From contig JALUTT010000002.1 of NCBI GenBank assembly GCA_027021705.1, positions 1-64,000 of the forward strand: 64,000 nucleotides of DNA. The letters run 5' to 3'. The notes beneath the pieces were generated by a model. The model saw nothing but the letters and a program-made list of their open reading frames with translations. It did no database searches and had not been told where the DNA came from. Below are positions 55,558 to 64,000 of the stretch, piece by piece (within the stretch, counting starts at the first letter, position 1; each line of letters opens with the position of its first letter). Position numbers and translations under genes: made by a program. This DNA is from Anaerolineae bacterium (GTDB lineage Bacteria > Chloroflexota > Anaerolineae > S140-20).

Positions 55558-55586
55558 ATTATAGCACGAAAATTGATGTCTGTCAA
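55558..55586 (-). promoter_or_regulatory. Consensus sigma70 promoter of the DUF2089 operon
   Basis: TTGACA-17nt-TATAAT with extended -10 TG. Confidence 0.75.
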
Positions 55587-55893
55587 GGGGGAAACTTAAT
55601 TTTCTTTGTCGGAATGTGAATATTCTCAAGCTCGTTATTTACTTTCTTAAGGGTGTCTTTCCCTGCGGCTCCGCTTTCCCCATTGTTGCCACCGGATGAC
55701 GCATCCTGTGGCGGTTCGGAGGATTGCGCATCCGCCAAGAGCGCTGGGAAGCTGGGTTGGGCGTTCAATAGGTCGGCTGGAGGATGGTCACCCATAGGAG
55801 CAAACAGCCGTTCGCCCCTATGGACGGGGCCCGGCGATCTACTTCCTACGGGGAGGCCACCAGCCTTTGGAGGGGAGGGAGGGAACAAGGTGA

Positions 55894-56643
55894 TCAGGAG
55901 GCCGGCTTCCGCCGGTCACGTGGGGAGAGGTGCCGGTGTCGCCACCAGACCTGCCAGACACGGAGGGCGGCTTCGATCTTCACCGGGATGGACATCTTGG
56001 AACGTCCAATCCGGCGATCCTCGAAGTAGATGGGGATCTCCAATACTCGGAAGCCCAGCTTCTGGGTCACGTAGGCCATCTCGACCTGGAAGACGTAGCC
56101 GTTGGAGCGGATGGTCTCCAGGTCAATGGCCTCCAGGACCTCCCGCCGCCAGCATTTGAAGCCGGCGGTGGCATCCTTCACCTTGAGGCCCAGGATGGGG
56201 CGGGCGTAGACACTGTTGGCCCACCAGCTCAACAGGTAGCGCCCTAATCCCCACCGCTCGTCCAGCCGGCCCCCTTCCACGTAGCGGGACCCAACGACAA
56301 CGTCGTATTCCCGGACCTTCTCCAGAAACCGGGGGATGTAGCGGGGGTGATGGGAGAAATCGGCGTCCATCTGGATAATGTAATCAGCGCCCCGGTCCAG
56401 GGCCCAGCGGAATCCGGCGCGATAGGCCCGCCCCAACCCCCGAGGGCCGGTCCGGTGGAGGACGTGCACCCGTTCCGGATAGCGACGGGCTAAGCCATCC
56501 GCAATGCGCCCCGTCCCGTCGGGGGAGGCATCGTCCACGATCAGCGTCTCTAGCCCTTCGATCTCCAGGGCCAGCAGCGCCGTCACCAGGGGGGTGACGT
56601 TCTCGGCTTCGTTGTAGGTGGGGACGACGACGATAGGTTTCAC
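55894..56643 (-). CDS. Polyprenol monophosphomannose synthase (GT2)
   Basis: VPTYNE, DD.SPDGT, MDADFSH, GSRY, D.TAGF, F.DR..G.SKM. Confidence 0.9.
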   Translation of the reverse strand: MKPIVVVPTYNEAENVTPLVTALLALEIEGLETLIVDDASPDGTGRIADGLARRYPERVHVLHRTGPRGLGRAYRAGFRWALDRGADYIIQMDADFSHHPRYIPRFLEKVREYDVVVGSRYVEGGRLDERWGLGRYLLSWWANSVYARPILGLKVKDATAGFKCWRREVLEAIDLETIRSNGYVFQVEMAYVTQKLGFRVLEIPIYFEDRRIGRSKMSIPVKIEAALRVWQVWWRHRHLSPRDRRKPAS

Positions 56644-56669
56644 CGCTTGCCCTCCAGGGAGAGTACGGC

Positions 56670-56716
56670 CAAAGAAAAAAGGGTTTACGCAGGCGACCTG
56701 GCCCGGCGCAAACCCT
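56670..56716 (-). terminator. Intrinsic terminator after the response regulator
   Basis: Minus strand AGGGTTTGCG...CGTAAACCCT followed by a T-run. Confidence 0.6.
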
Positions 56717-56742
56717 GGCGAGGCAGAGCTAAGGTGCAGCCC

Positions 56743-57603
56743 TCAGCGCGTCACCGTCTGCGCTTTGATCGCGGCCCGCTTGATGTCCATCGGCGTGGCG
56801 AAGGGACCGTCCTTATCGGTCACCACTCCGACGGCGATGGAGATCTGGGGACGGGAGCTTCGATCGGTCTCCCGATCCTTGAGGGGGTAGAAGTAGTCTA
56901 TGGCCTGCTCTAGGCGCGATGTCACTTTCTGCTTCAGGTCCTGCACCTTGGCCGGCGTGGTGACCACCAGGAAATCGGCTTCCCCCAAGTGCCCGATGAA
57001 GGGGTCCCCATCTCCGATCTCCTTAGCCACATTGCGCATCATCAGGGCCACGGCTCGCAGGACATCGTCGCTGGCCACAAAGCCATAACTATCGCTGAAC
57101 TCGCGCAGGCCTCGGATTCCCACGGAGAGCAACGCCCACCCCCCCTGCTGGAGGGCTGTCTGGAGGCGTTCATCAATGAGGGGGTCTGTGGGAAGGCCGG
57201 TGATGGGGTTCACCAGGGTGCCCAGGCTGGCTCGCCGCAGGGCGTTGCGCACCCGGAGGCGAAGCTCCTGGATGTCGAACGGTTTGGTGATGTAATCCAC
57301 CGCGCCCAATTCTAGCCCCGTCAGGCGGTCAATCCGTTCCCGGCGTTCGGTGAGAAAGATGATAGGAATGTGCTCAGTGCGACGATGGGATCGGAGCCGA
57401 CGGCAGACCTCGTACCCGTCAATGTCTGGCAGGCGAATGTCCAGCACGACCAGGTCCGGGATCACCTCCTGGGTCAACCGCAGGGCATCCTCTCCCCAGG
57501 CAGCGGAGAGCACCTCATAGCCCTGAGCCTCGAAGTAGGCCGTGAGCATCTCCGCCGTATCCACATCGTCTTCAACCACGAGGATTCGTTGCACCTCTGT
57601 CAT
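56743..57603 (-). CDS. Response regulator: receiver + degenerate GGDEF-like domain
   Basis: VEDD, LDIRLPDIDG, DYITKPF, then NPITGLP...YGF..SD.VL...GEADF. Confidence 0.85.
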   Translation of the reverse strand: MTEVQRILVVEDDVDTAEMLTAYFEAQGYEVLSAAWGEDALRLTQEVIPDLVVLDIRLPDIDGYEVCRRLRSHRRTEHIPIIFLTERRERIDRLTGLELGAVDYITKPFDIQELRLRVRNALRRASLGTLVNPITGLPTDPLIDERLQTALQQGGWALLSVGIRGLREFSDSYGFVASDDVLRAVALMMRNVAKEIGDGDPFIGHLGEADFLVVTTPAKVQDLKQKVTSRLEQAIDYFYPLKDRETDRSSRPQISIAVGVVTDKDGPFATPMDIKRAAIKAQTVTR

Positions 57604-57630
57604 CGGTTTTTCCTCCACGACAGACGGTGG

Positions 57631-58260
57631 CTAGCCAATCGGGTCTTTGTAGACCAGGAACTCGCAGCTCTTGTCCCCCACAGCGATGCAGGCGATCTCC
57701 TCAACGCGGAACTCCTTGCCTCCACTGGCCCACCGGAGGCCCTCTTGCAGCAGGCCGACGGCAGCATGGCAGACAGGCTTCTCGGCCTTGCGTCCCCAAC
57801 AGACAGGGCAGCGCTCGATGATGTAGACGAAGTTCCCATCGCGCTCCTCGACCCGGCTGATCTGGTCGCTGACCTGGGTGAAGACCCGCGCCATAGCCGG
57901 CAGCCCCATCTTGAGCTTCATATGAAGGGGGACCATCTTCAAGGCCAGATCACCCACGCCAGCCAGTGCGCCAAAGCCCTGCAACCCTCGAGCAAAGGAG
58001 GCCCTGCCAGCCCGGAGTGCCAACCCTCGTCCCCCTCGAGGTCCGTACATATCCTCCAAAGCCTGGTTTAGGGCAGCGTAGTCGGCGAAGTCGAACTCCT
58101 TCTCGAGGTTATCCGGGGGGAAGTTATCAATGTACTCGCTCAGGCCGGCCATGTTGAGGATGGCGTTCAAGCCATTCCTCCCCATGATCTCCTCCATCGC
58201 CTGCAAATAGATGCGGGCGATCTTATTTGGGTAGTAGTACCCACTCTTCTCCTTAGCCAC
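57631..58260 (-). CDS. V4R (4-vinyl reductase-like) domain protein
   Basis: CPVC...PVCH...G.LQE...VEE..CIA.G...CEF. Confidence 0.85.
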   Translation of the reverse strand: MAKEKSGYYYPNKIARIYLQAMEEIMGRNGLNAILNMAGLSEYIDNFPPDNLEKEFDFADYAALNQALEDMYGPRGGRGLALRAGRASFARGLQGFGALAGVGDLALKMVPLHMKLKMGLPAMARVFTQVSDQISRVEERDGNFVYIIERCPVCWGRKAEKPVCHAAVGLLQEGLRWASGGKEFRVEEIACIAVGDKSCEFLVYKDPIG

Positions 58261-58428
58261 GCTGTGACCTCCTGCTGCAGTTGTGGGTTCCCAATCGAAC
58301 TACAGGCTGAAATGGGTGTAAGGCATACCAGCCCTTCCCAGGTCCGTAGCAGGCGCGAGACCCTCCCCCGGCCAGAGGGGACGGCTATGGCAACGCACCG
58401 ACGCCCGGTGAAGGGCAAATCACTGAGT

Positions 58429-58457
58429 AGATTACCATAGGTAGAGTTCCTTGTCAA
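58429..58457 (-). promoter_or_regulatory. Sigma70-type promoter of the V4R operon
   Basis: TTGACA-17nt-TAATCT. Confidence 0.55.
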
Positions 58458-58568
58458 GGTGTGCCCCATAACTTTCTGGGGCTTTTCGGTGCTCAAGCCA
58501 ACCCCGGATTTCCAAGGTCTCCGCGAGGCGTCTTCACCCTGAGATGCCCTCGGACTCGGCTCCTCTCA

Positions 58569-59903
58569 TCACAGCGTCTCCAGATACCGGTCCAGCTCCC
58601 ACGGGGTAACCTGAATGCGGTAATCGTCCCACTCAGCCCGCTTGGCCCGGGTGAAGACCTGGTAGATGTGCTCCCCTAGTGCCTCCTGGATCACCTCGTC
58701 GGCGTCCAGTTCCTTCAGAGCCTCTCCCAACGTCCCCGGCAGCACCTTGATGCCCCGCTGGCGCAGGTCCTCATCGGTGAAGAGATAGACATCCTCGTTC
58801 ACCGGCTCCGGGGGCGTCATCCCTTTTTCGATCCCGTCCAGGCCGGCGGCCAGCATCGCCGCGAAGGCCAGGTAGGGGTTGGCGCTGGGATCGGGACAGC
58901 GCAGTTCCACCCGAGTGGACTGCTCCCGTCCCGGAGAGTAGCGGGGGATGCGGATCAACGCCGAGCGGTTGATCTGCGCCCAGCAGATGTAGACGGGAGC
59001 TTCGTATCCGGGCACCAGCCGCTTGTAGGAGTTCACCGTCGGAGCTACCACGGCCGCCAGCGCCCGCGCGTGGACCAACTGACCGGCAATGAAGCCGTAG
59101 GCGATGGGCGAGAGGTGATAGGGATCGTCGGGATCGTAGAAGGCGTTCTTCCCGTCCAGTGTGAAGAGGCTCTGATGGGTGTGCATCCCCGATCCGTTGA
59201 CGCCGAAGATGGGCTTGGGCATAAAGGTGGCGTAGAGACCGTGGGTGGCAGCGATGGCCTTGACCGTGTACTTGAAGGTCATCGCGTTGTCCGCGCTGGT
59301 GAGAGCATCGGCGTACCGAAAGTCAATCTCGTGCTGCCCGGTAGCCACCTCGTGGTGCCCCATCTCCACCTCCATCCCCATCGCCTCCAGAGCCAGGATG
59401 ATGTCGGAGCGAACCCGCTGAGCTTCATCGCGGGGGGAGAAGTCGAAGTAGCCGCCCACATCGTGGGGCACCGGCTGGGTAGGGTAGTCCTGGTCTCTCT
59501 TGAAAAGGAAGAACTCCAACTCCGGCCCCGTGTTGTAGATGTATCCCATCTTGCGTGCCCTGGCCATCACCCGCTTCAGGATGTAGCGGGGGTCTCCGGC
59601 GAAGGGCTTCCCATCAGGGCGATGAACGTCGCAGATGATCCGGGCCCGGCGGCGCTCCGGACTGCTCCAGGGGAGCACCTGGTAGGTATCAGGATCGAGG
59701 TGGAGCACCATATCCGATTCGTAGATGCGGGCGAACCCCTCAATGGAGGAGCCGTCGAACCAGACCCCTCGGTCCAGTGCTTCCTCCAACCGCCCAATGG
59801 GGATGGTGACACTCTTGATCGTCCCGGCGATGTCGGTGAACTGAAGACTGACAAAGCGCACCTTGTCCTCGCGGGCCCGCTCCAGCACTTCCTGCGCGTT
59901 CAT
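58569..59903 (-). CDS. glnA: Glutamine synthetase type I
   Basis: FDGSSI, HHEVA.GQHEI, FMPKP, NGSGMH, NSYKRLVPGYEAP, NRSA.IR. Confidence 0.96.
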   Translation of the reverse strand: MNAQEVLERAREDKVRFVSLQFTDIAGTIKSVTIPIGRLEEALDRGVWFDGSSIEGFARIYESDMVLHLDPDTYQVLPWSSPERRRARIICDVHRPDGKPFAGDPRYILKRVMARARKMGYIYNTGPELEFFLFKRDQDYPTQPVPHDVGGYFDFSPRDEAQRVRSDIILALEAMGMEVEMGHHEVATGQHEIDFRYADALTSADNAMTFKYTVKAIAATHGLYATFMPKPIFGVNGSGMHTHQSLFTLDGKNAFYDPDDPYHLSPIAYGFIAGQLVHARALAAVVAPTVNSYKRLVPGYEAPVYICWAQINRSALIRIPRYSPGREQSTRVELRCPDPSANPYLAFAAMLAAGLDGIEKGMTPPEPVNEDVYLFTDEDLRQRGIKVLPGTLGEALKELDADEVIQEALGEHIYQVFTRAKRAEWDDYRIQVTPWELDRYLETL

Positions 59904-59957
59904 CGCTCCCTCCTTGACTGTAGGCTGTGGAGAACAGGGGAGCCCCCCCGTCCTATA

Positions 59958-60032
59958 GAAAAAAGGGCACGACAGGGCGTGCCCAAGGCGCAAAAGAGAG
60001 AGGGCGCGGCAGCTCTAGAAGGACCGCGCCCT
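59958..60032 (-). terminator. Two tandem hairpin/U-tract terminators downstream of tRNA-Pro
   Basis: AGGGCGCGG/CCGCGCCCT and GGGCACG/CGTGCCC stems, each followed by T-rich runs on the minus strand. Confidence 0.6.
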
Positions 60033-60040
60033 TTGTTAAG

Positions 60041-60118
60041 TGGTCGGGGCGGGCGGATTTGAACCGCCGACCTCTACAACCCCATTGTAGCGCGCTAGCC
60101 GAGCTGCGCCACGCCCCG
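60041..60118 (-). tRNA. tRNA-Pro(GGG)
   Basis: CGGGGCG acceptor stem, CTACA-ATGGGGT-TGTAG anticodon arm, GGTTCAAATC T-loop, encoded CCA. Confidence 0.95.
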
Positions 60119-60176
60119 AAAGTCCCTCCAATTATACCACGTTCGCCAGATTCGGCAAGTGGTCTCGCCACCGCGC

Positions 60177-61814
60177 TCAGATGGTCACGGTCACCTCGTG
60201 GTACCCCGTGGCCCCGTCAGGGCGTGTGGGCCGCCTCTCCTCGATCTGCAAAGCTCCGGTGCCGTCGGTGGCTCGCACCCGGAAGGTGTGCCGCCCTGGG
60301 ACGGCGGGCCAGTCGTAGCGCCACTGTACCCAGGTCAGCGGGCTCAGGGGCGGAGTGCGCAGCACGGCCTCCACCCAGGGGCCGCCATCCACCTGGACCT
60401 CGACCTTCTGGATGCCGCGGTCTCCCGCCCAGGCGATGCCCCCGATGGGTACCTTCCCGTCCACCTGTTGATCAACGGCCACGGTGTCAATCACCGAGAT
60501 GATCCGGGGCCGGGCCTCGGCGCTCCAGCCCCGATCTACCCAGTAGCCGGGTCCCTCCCGGTCAATGGCCTCGATGCGGGTGATCCACTTGGGCTGTTTC
60601 ATCCCGTACCGGTTTGGGATGTAGATGCGCAGCGGGTAGCCGTGCTCCACCGGCAGCGTCTCGCCGTTCATCCCGTAGACCAAGAGGGTGCGCGGGTCCA
60701 TCAGATCGGCCATAGCGACGCTCTCGTAGAAGCCATCGGCCGCCTCGACGTAGAGTTCCCGGGCCTCCGGGCGCAAGCCCAGGTCCTGCAGGAGATCGCG
60801 GAGGCGGACACCGGTCCAGTACCCGGTGCCGATGAGGTCACCGCCGATGGGGTTGGAGATGCAGCTCAAGGTGATGGCCTGGGTCACCGGCGGGTAGGCC
60901 ATCAGGTCGGCCAGGGTGAGGGGGCGGGGGTTGTCGAAGAGGCCATCCACCTGGAGCACCCACGAATCCCCTTCGATGCTGACGGGACGGGCGTTGATGT
61001 CAATGCGGTAGAAGGCTTCTGTCGGCGTCACCTCGGGCCGGGTGCCGGGGGCCGGCGCGATGAAGTCGCGCGGGGCGACGGCGAGGGTGGCTTGAGGGGA
61101 AGCCCCCGGCAGCGCACTCCCGGCCGCCAGGGGCGGGGTCGGCGTCGGGGGCACGGAGGCCGCCCCGCCGGGGAGGGGCTGACCCGCACCCGAGGGGGCC
61201 GGGCGGCTCCCCAGCAGACGGCCCAGCCCCCACGCACCCAGGACGACGCCGGCCGAGCCCACCGCCATCTTGGCCAGCAGGGCGCGTCGGAAGGCCCGAT
61301 CCTGGGGGGAGAGCGTTGGCTCGGCGGCCGGGGAGAGCGCGTGGCCCAGCAAGGCCCCCCCACCGGCGAGGAGCAGCCCGATCCAGAGCAGCCCCCCGAC
61401 CGGTTTCGCCAGGACCCCGGCGCTCACCTCGATCCCGCCCACGAGGAGGGCGAGGAGGAGCCCTCCACCCGCCCCAACCTGCCAGCCGGGACGGGTGGTG
61501 CGCCCTATCGCCAGGGCAAGCAGCCCCCCGAGCACTCCACCGGCCACGACCACCAACCCGATGGCCATCGCCTGTTCAACCCCCTTGGCGACCCGATCGG
61601 TCGGTCCCAGACCTACCAACCGGACGAGCCCAACGATGCTGTCAATGCCCAGGGTGACCACGTTGCCGGGGAGGACGCGGGCCAGCCAGTCGAAGAGGTC
61701 AAAGGGCACGAAGGGAAGGGCGGCAAGTTGCTCTCCCAGGAAGAAGAGGGCCACCAGCGGGCTGCTGATGAGCGCTCCCAACAGGATGCCGAGGGAAAAG
61801 GTGGGTCTCCGCAT
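60177..61814 (-). CDS. Membrane-bound sulfite oxidase family molybdoenzyme
   Basis: About 5 TM helices, then FYRID, TLSCISN, MNGE.LP.EHGYPLR, YGMK..KW, GYW..RGW. Confidence 0.88.
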   Translation of the reverse strand: MRRPTFSLGILLGALISSPLVALFFLGEQLAALPFVPFDLFDWLARVLPGNVVTLGIDSIVGLVRLVGLGPTDRVAKGVEQAMAIGLVVVAGGVLGGLLALAIGRTTRPGWQVGAGGGLLLALLVGGIEVSAGVLAKPVGGLLWIGLLLAGGGALLGHALSPAAEPTLSPQDRAFRRALLAKMAVGSAGVVLGAWGLGRLLGSRPAPSGAGQPLPGGAASVPPTPTPPLAAGSALPGASPQATLAVAPRDFIAPAPGTRPEVTPTEAFYRIDINARPVSIEGDSWVLQVDGLFDNPRPLTLADLMAYPPVTQAITLSCISNPIGGDLIGTGYWTGVRLRDLLQDLGLRPEARELYVEAADGFYESVAMADLMDPRTLLVYGMNGETLPVEHGYPLRIYIPNRYGMKQPKWITRIEAIDREGPGYWVDRGWSAEARPRIISVIDTVAVDQQVDGKVPIGGIAWAGDRGIQKVEVQVDGGPWVEAVLRTPPLSPLTWVQWRYDWPAVPGRHTFRVRATDGTGALQIEERRPTRPDGATGYHEVTVTI

Positions 61815-61838
61815 AGGATGTCACCCCTTTCATCAAGG

Positions 61839-61959
61839 GTATCTATCAGCCTACCCTCCCGCAGGTCACCGGTCGAGGGCGCTTTCAGCCCCGATGGGCT
61901 ATTTGAAGCACGGTTTCGCGTCGGAAACGCGCCTAACCTGCGGGAGGGTGAACAGTTAC
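61839..61959 (+). mobile_element. MITE copy 3 with 8-bp TSD CATCAAGG
   Basis: TSD at 61831-61838 and 61960-61967. Same termini and interior as copy 2. Confidence 0.88.
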
Positions 61960-62074
61960 CATCAAGGTAGACTTACGCAACGATAAAGTTATTATACACC
62001 AAAAGGCCGAAACTGGGCAAAGGTGCCGATTCGTGTATAATGGCCTTACTGCACAGTGGCAGGGGAGGACAGGG

Positions 62075-62605
62075 ATGAGCCACATGACACAGAACGGGCG
62101 TGTCCCGCCCATCGTTTCCATTGTGGGCCGGTCAGACAGCGGGAAGACGACGCTGCTGGAGCGACTGATCCCCGAACTGCGGGGACGGGGCTACCGGGTG
62201 GGGACGATCAAGCACCACGCCCATCCAGGCTTCGAGGTGGACAAACCGGGCAAGGATACCTGGCGTCACGCCCAGGCAGGGGCCGAAGCGGTCGCTTTGG
62301 TTGCACCGGGGAAGATGTTCCTCCTGCGCCGGACCGAAGGCGAGCTGGACCTGGGGGCCGTCGCGGCGATGATGGGCGAGGTAGACATCGTGCTGACGGA
62401 GGGGTATCGGTGGGCCGATACGCCCAAGGTCGAAGTGGTGCGGGCCGCCCGCAGCCGCGAGCCCCTTTGCACCTCCGAAGAGTTGGTCGCCCTGGTCACC
62501 GACCTCCCCCTGGAGATGGGGGTCCCCCGCTTCGATCTGGAGGAGGTGGAGGGACTGGCCGACCTGCTGGAACGGCGGTTCCTGCGAAGTCAGGAGGAAG
62601 GCTGA
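62075..62605 (+). CDS. mobB: Molybdopterin-guanine dinucleotide biosynthesis protein B
   Basis: GRSDSGKTT, IKH, D.PGKDTWRH..AGA, LTEGY. Confidence 0.92.
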   Translation: MSHMTQNGRVPPIVSIVGRSDSGKTTLLERLIPELRGRGYRVGTIKHHAHPGFEVDKPGKDTWRHAQAGAEAVALVAPGKMFLLRRTEGELDLGAVAAMMGEVDIVLTEGYRWADTPKVEVVRAARSREPLCTSEELVALVTDLPLEMGVPRFDLEEVEGLADLLERRFLRSQEEG

Positions 62606-63867
62606 TGGACCTGGAACGGTTGGCGGCGCTGGCGGAGCGGTTCACCGGCGGGCCGGTGCAGGTGGAGCCCCGCCGTTGCCTGAACGTCCGCCATCGAGAT
62701 GCCGGCTGTCGCCTCTGTGCTGAGGCCTGCCCTGTCGAAGCGATCACCGTTGCCGAGGACCCCCTGGCCCCCGTCGTCCCGGCCGGCGTCGTCGGGGTCC
62801 GTTCGACCAGCCCGGCGGTGACGCTGGACGAGGAGGTCTGCGCCAACTGCGGCCTTTGCCTGCGGGTCTGCCCCACCGGCGTCTTCAGCCAGCCCGGTGC
62901 TGGCGAGGACCGGCTGCGGGCGACGGTGGCCGCGCTGCCCAGTGGAGAGCCGGTCGAGTTGGCCTGTCCGCTGGGGGCGGAGCGGCGGGAGAGCCGCCTG
63001 CCCGAGGGCGCTGTGGTGGCCACACCCCGCTGCCTGGCCGCGCTAGACGTACCTCTGCTGCTGACGCTGGCCCTGGACGGTCATTCCCTCTGGCTCAACG
63101 ACGCCCTCTGTGCCGACTGCCCTCTGGGGGCGGTGCAGCCGGCCATCGTCGCTGCCGCTCAGGAGGCCAACGGCTGGCTGGGGGCCTTCGGACGTGGGGT
63201 CAAGGTTTGCACCTACACGGCGAACCCCGAGGGGCTGCTAGACCGGCCCCGCCCGGTCCGGCCCCTGGCGGGCGAGGAGGTACCCGTGAGCCGGCGGGAC
63301 TTCTTCCGGGCGCTGGCCGGGCTGGTTTCGCAGGCGGCGGCCACCGTCGTCGCGGCGGGGCTTCCCCAGGTCGGAGAGGACCTGCCGCAGCCGATGCGGG
63401 GATTGCCTCCCAAACACGTGCCGGCCCAGCGGCGGCGGTTGCAAGCGGTCTGGCGACGGGTGGGCCGTTTCCCCGGCCCGGTGCCGACGGCGGACCTGCC
63501 CATCGCGGCGCTGGAGGTGGCCTCGGATCGGTGTACCGCCTGCACTCTCTGCGCCCGCTTCTGCCCCACCGGGGCTCTGGAGTTTCGGGACGATGAGGCG
63601 AGCTTTGTCCTTTTCTTCCGGGCGGGCCTCTGTGTGGACTGCAGGCTCTGTCTCCGGGTCTGCCCCACCGAGGCGATCACCTGCGGCGAGCAGATCGCCG
63701 GGCACCGGCTGCTGGCGGAGGAAGGGGAGTCGTTGGTGGCCGGCCGCCTGGCTCCCTGCCGGCGCTGTGAAGCGCCAACGAACGCCGATGTCGGTGGCGG
63801 CCTCTGCTACGTCTGCCTCCTGCGGCCCGACTCCCTGGTCGGGCTGCGGGACCTGCTGGGGCCGTGA
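62605..63867 (+). CDS. Polyferredoxin-like 4Fe-4S protein
   Basis: CRLCAEACP, CANCGLCLRVCP, CTACTLCARFCP, CVDCRLCLRVCP, internal SRRDFF. Confidence 0.85.
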   Translation: MDLERLAALAERFTGGPVQVEPRRCLNVRHRDAGCRLCAEACPVEAITVAEDPLAPVVPAGVVGVRSTSPAVTLDEEVCANCGLCLRVCPTGVFSQPGAGEDRLRATVAALPSGEPVELACPLGAERRESRLPEGAVVATPRCLAALDVPLLLTLALDGHSLWLNDALCADCPLGAVQPAIVAAAQEANGWLGAFGRGVKVCTYTANPEGLLDRPRPVRPLAGEEVPVSRRDFFRALAGLVSQAAATVVAAGLPQVGEDLPQPMRGLPPKHVPAQRRRLQAVWRRVGRFPGPVPTADLPIAALEVASDRCTACTLCARFCPTGALEFRDDEASFVLFFRAGLCVDCRLCLRVCPTEAITCGEQIAGHRLLAEEGESLVAGRLAPCRRCEAPTNADVGGGLCYVCLLRPDSLVGLRDLLGP

Positions 63868-63882
63868 TGCCCTGGGGGTGGG

Positions 63883-64000
63883 TCAGCCGCGTCCCGGCAG
63901 CATAGGCCGGCCCAGAGCCTGGGCTACCTCCCGTCGCACCGCTTCGTCGTCAATGTAGAAGACCTGGCCGCTGCGGGCGGGATCGGCGACGGTGGCCAGG
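63883..64000 (-). CDS. 3' end of an unidentified CDS running off the window
   Basis: Open frame LATVADPARSGQVFYIDDEAVRREVAQALGRPMLPGRG* with GC-rich third positions. Confidence 0.45.
   Translation of the reverse strand, partial: LATVADPARSGQVFYIDDEAVRREVAQALGRPMLPGRG

Noticed and set aside
60041..60180. Island integrated at tRNA-Pro
   Set aside because: No duplicated tRNA 3' end and no integrase were found. The flanks are housekeeping genes.

Overview
A 64 kb stretch of high-GC chromosome, mostly transcribed on the minus strand. Gene content suggests a thermophilic Chloroflexota (Anaerolineae-like) bacterium; this is inference only. The housekeeping backbone includes acpS, rsmG, lipA, menA, galT, glnA, mobB, ttuA/ttuB and tRNA-Pro(GGG), plus a Gld-type ABC exporter and a xanthine-dehydrogenase-family operon. 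The most striking part is a ~14 kb sulfur/selenium module (27.7-41.9 kb) made of two co-directional operons. Each is headed by a paralogous HTH_17(excisionase-like)-PocR regulator, and both share upstream DNA motifs. Operon A encodes a tri-heme cytochrome, two YeeE/YedE half-transporters, PsrABC/PhsABC, a cytochrome b, a multiheme cytochrome c and a Rieske protein. One YeeE gene has an in-frame UGA at the conserved Cys position followed by a SECIS-like hairpin, so it is a probable selenoprotein that the ORF track splits in two. Operon B encodes SQR, DUF1641, TusE and DsrE, and is followed by ttuB/ttuA. Other notable items: a ~122 bp MITE with 8-bp target-site duplications (one copy rewrote the menA C-terminus; a fourth related element keeps the inverted repeats and the 69-nt spacing but has an unrelated interior); four toxin-antitoxin pairs embedded in operons; a PrsW homologue lacking most catalytic residues next to a large lipoprotein serine protease; a SHOCT-linked DUF2089/DUF4097/YvlD operon; a candidate anti-Shine-Dalgarno sRNA; and orphan 7-mer/9-mer tandem arrays. 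No CRISPR array, rRNA or transposase was seen. All calls were made by eye, without database searches.
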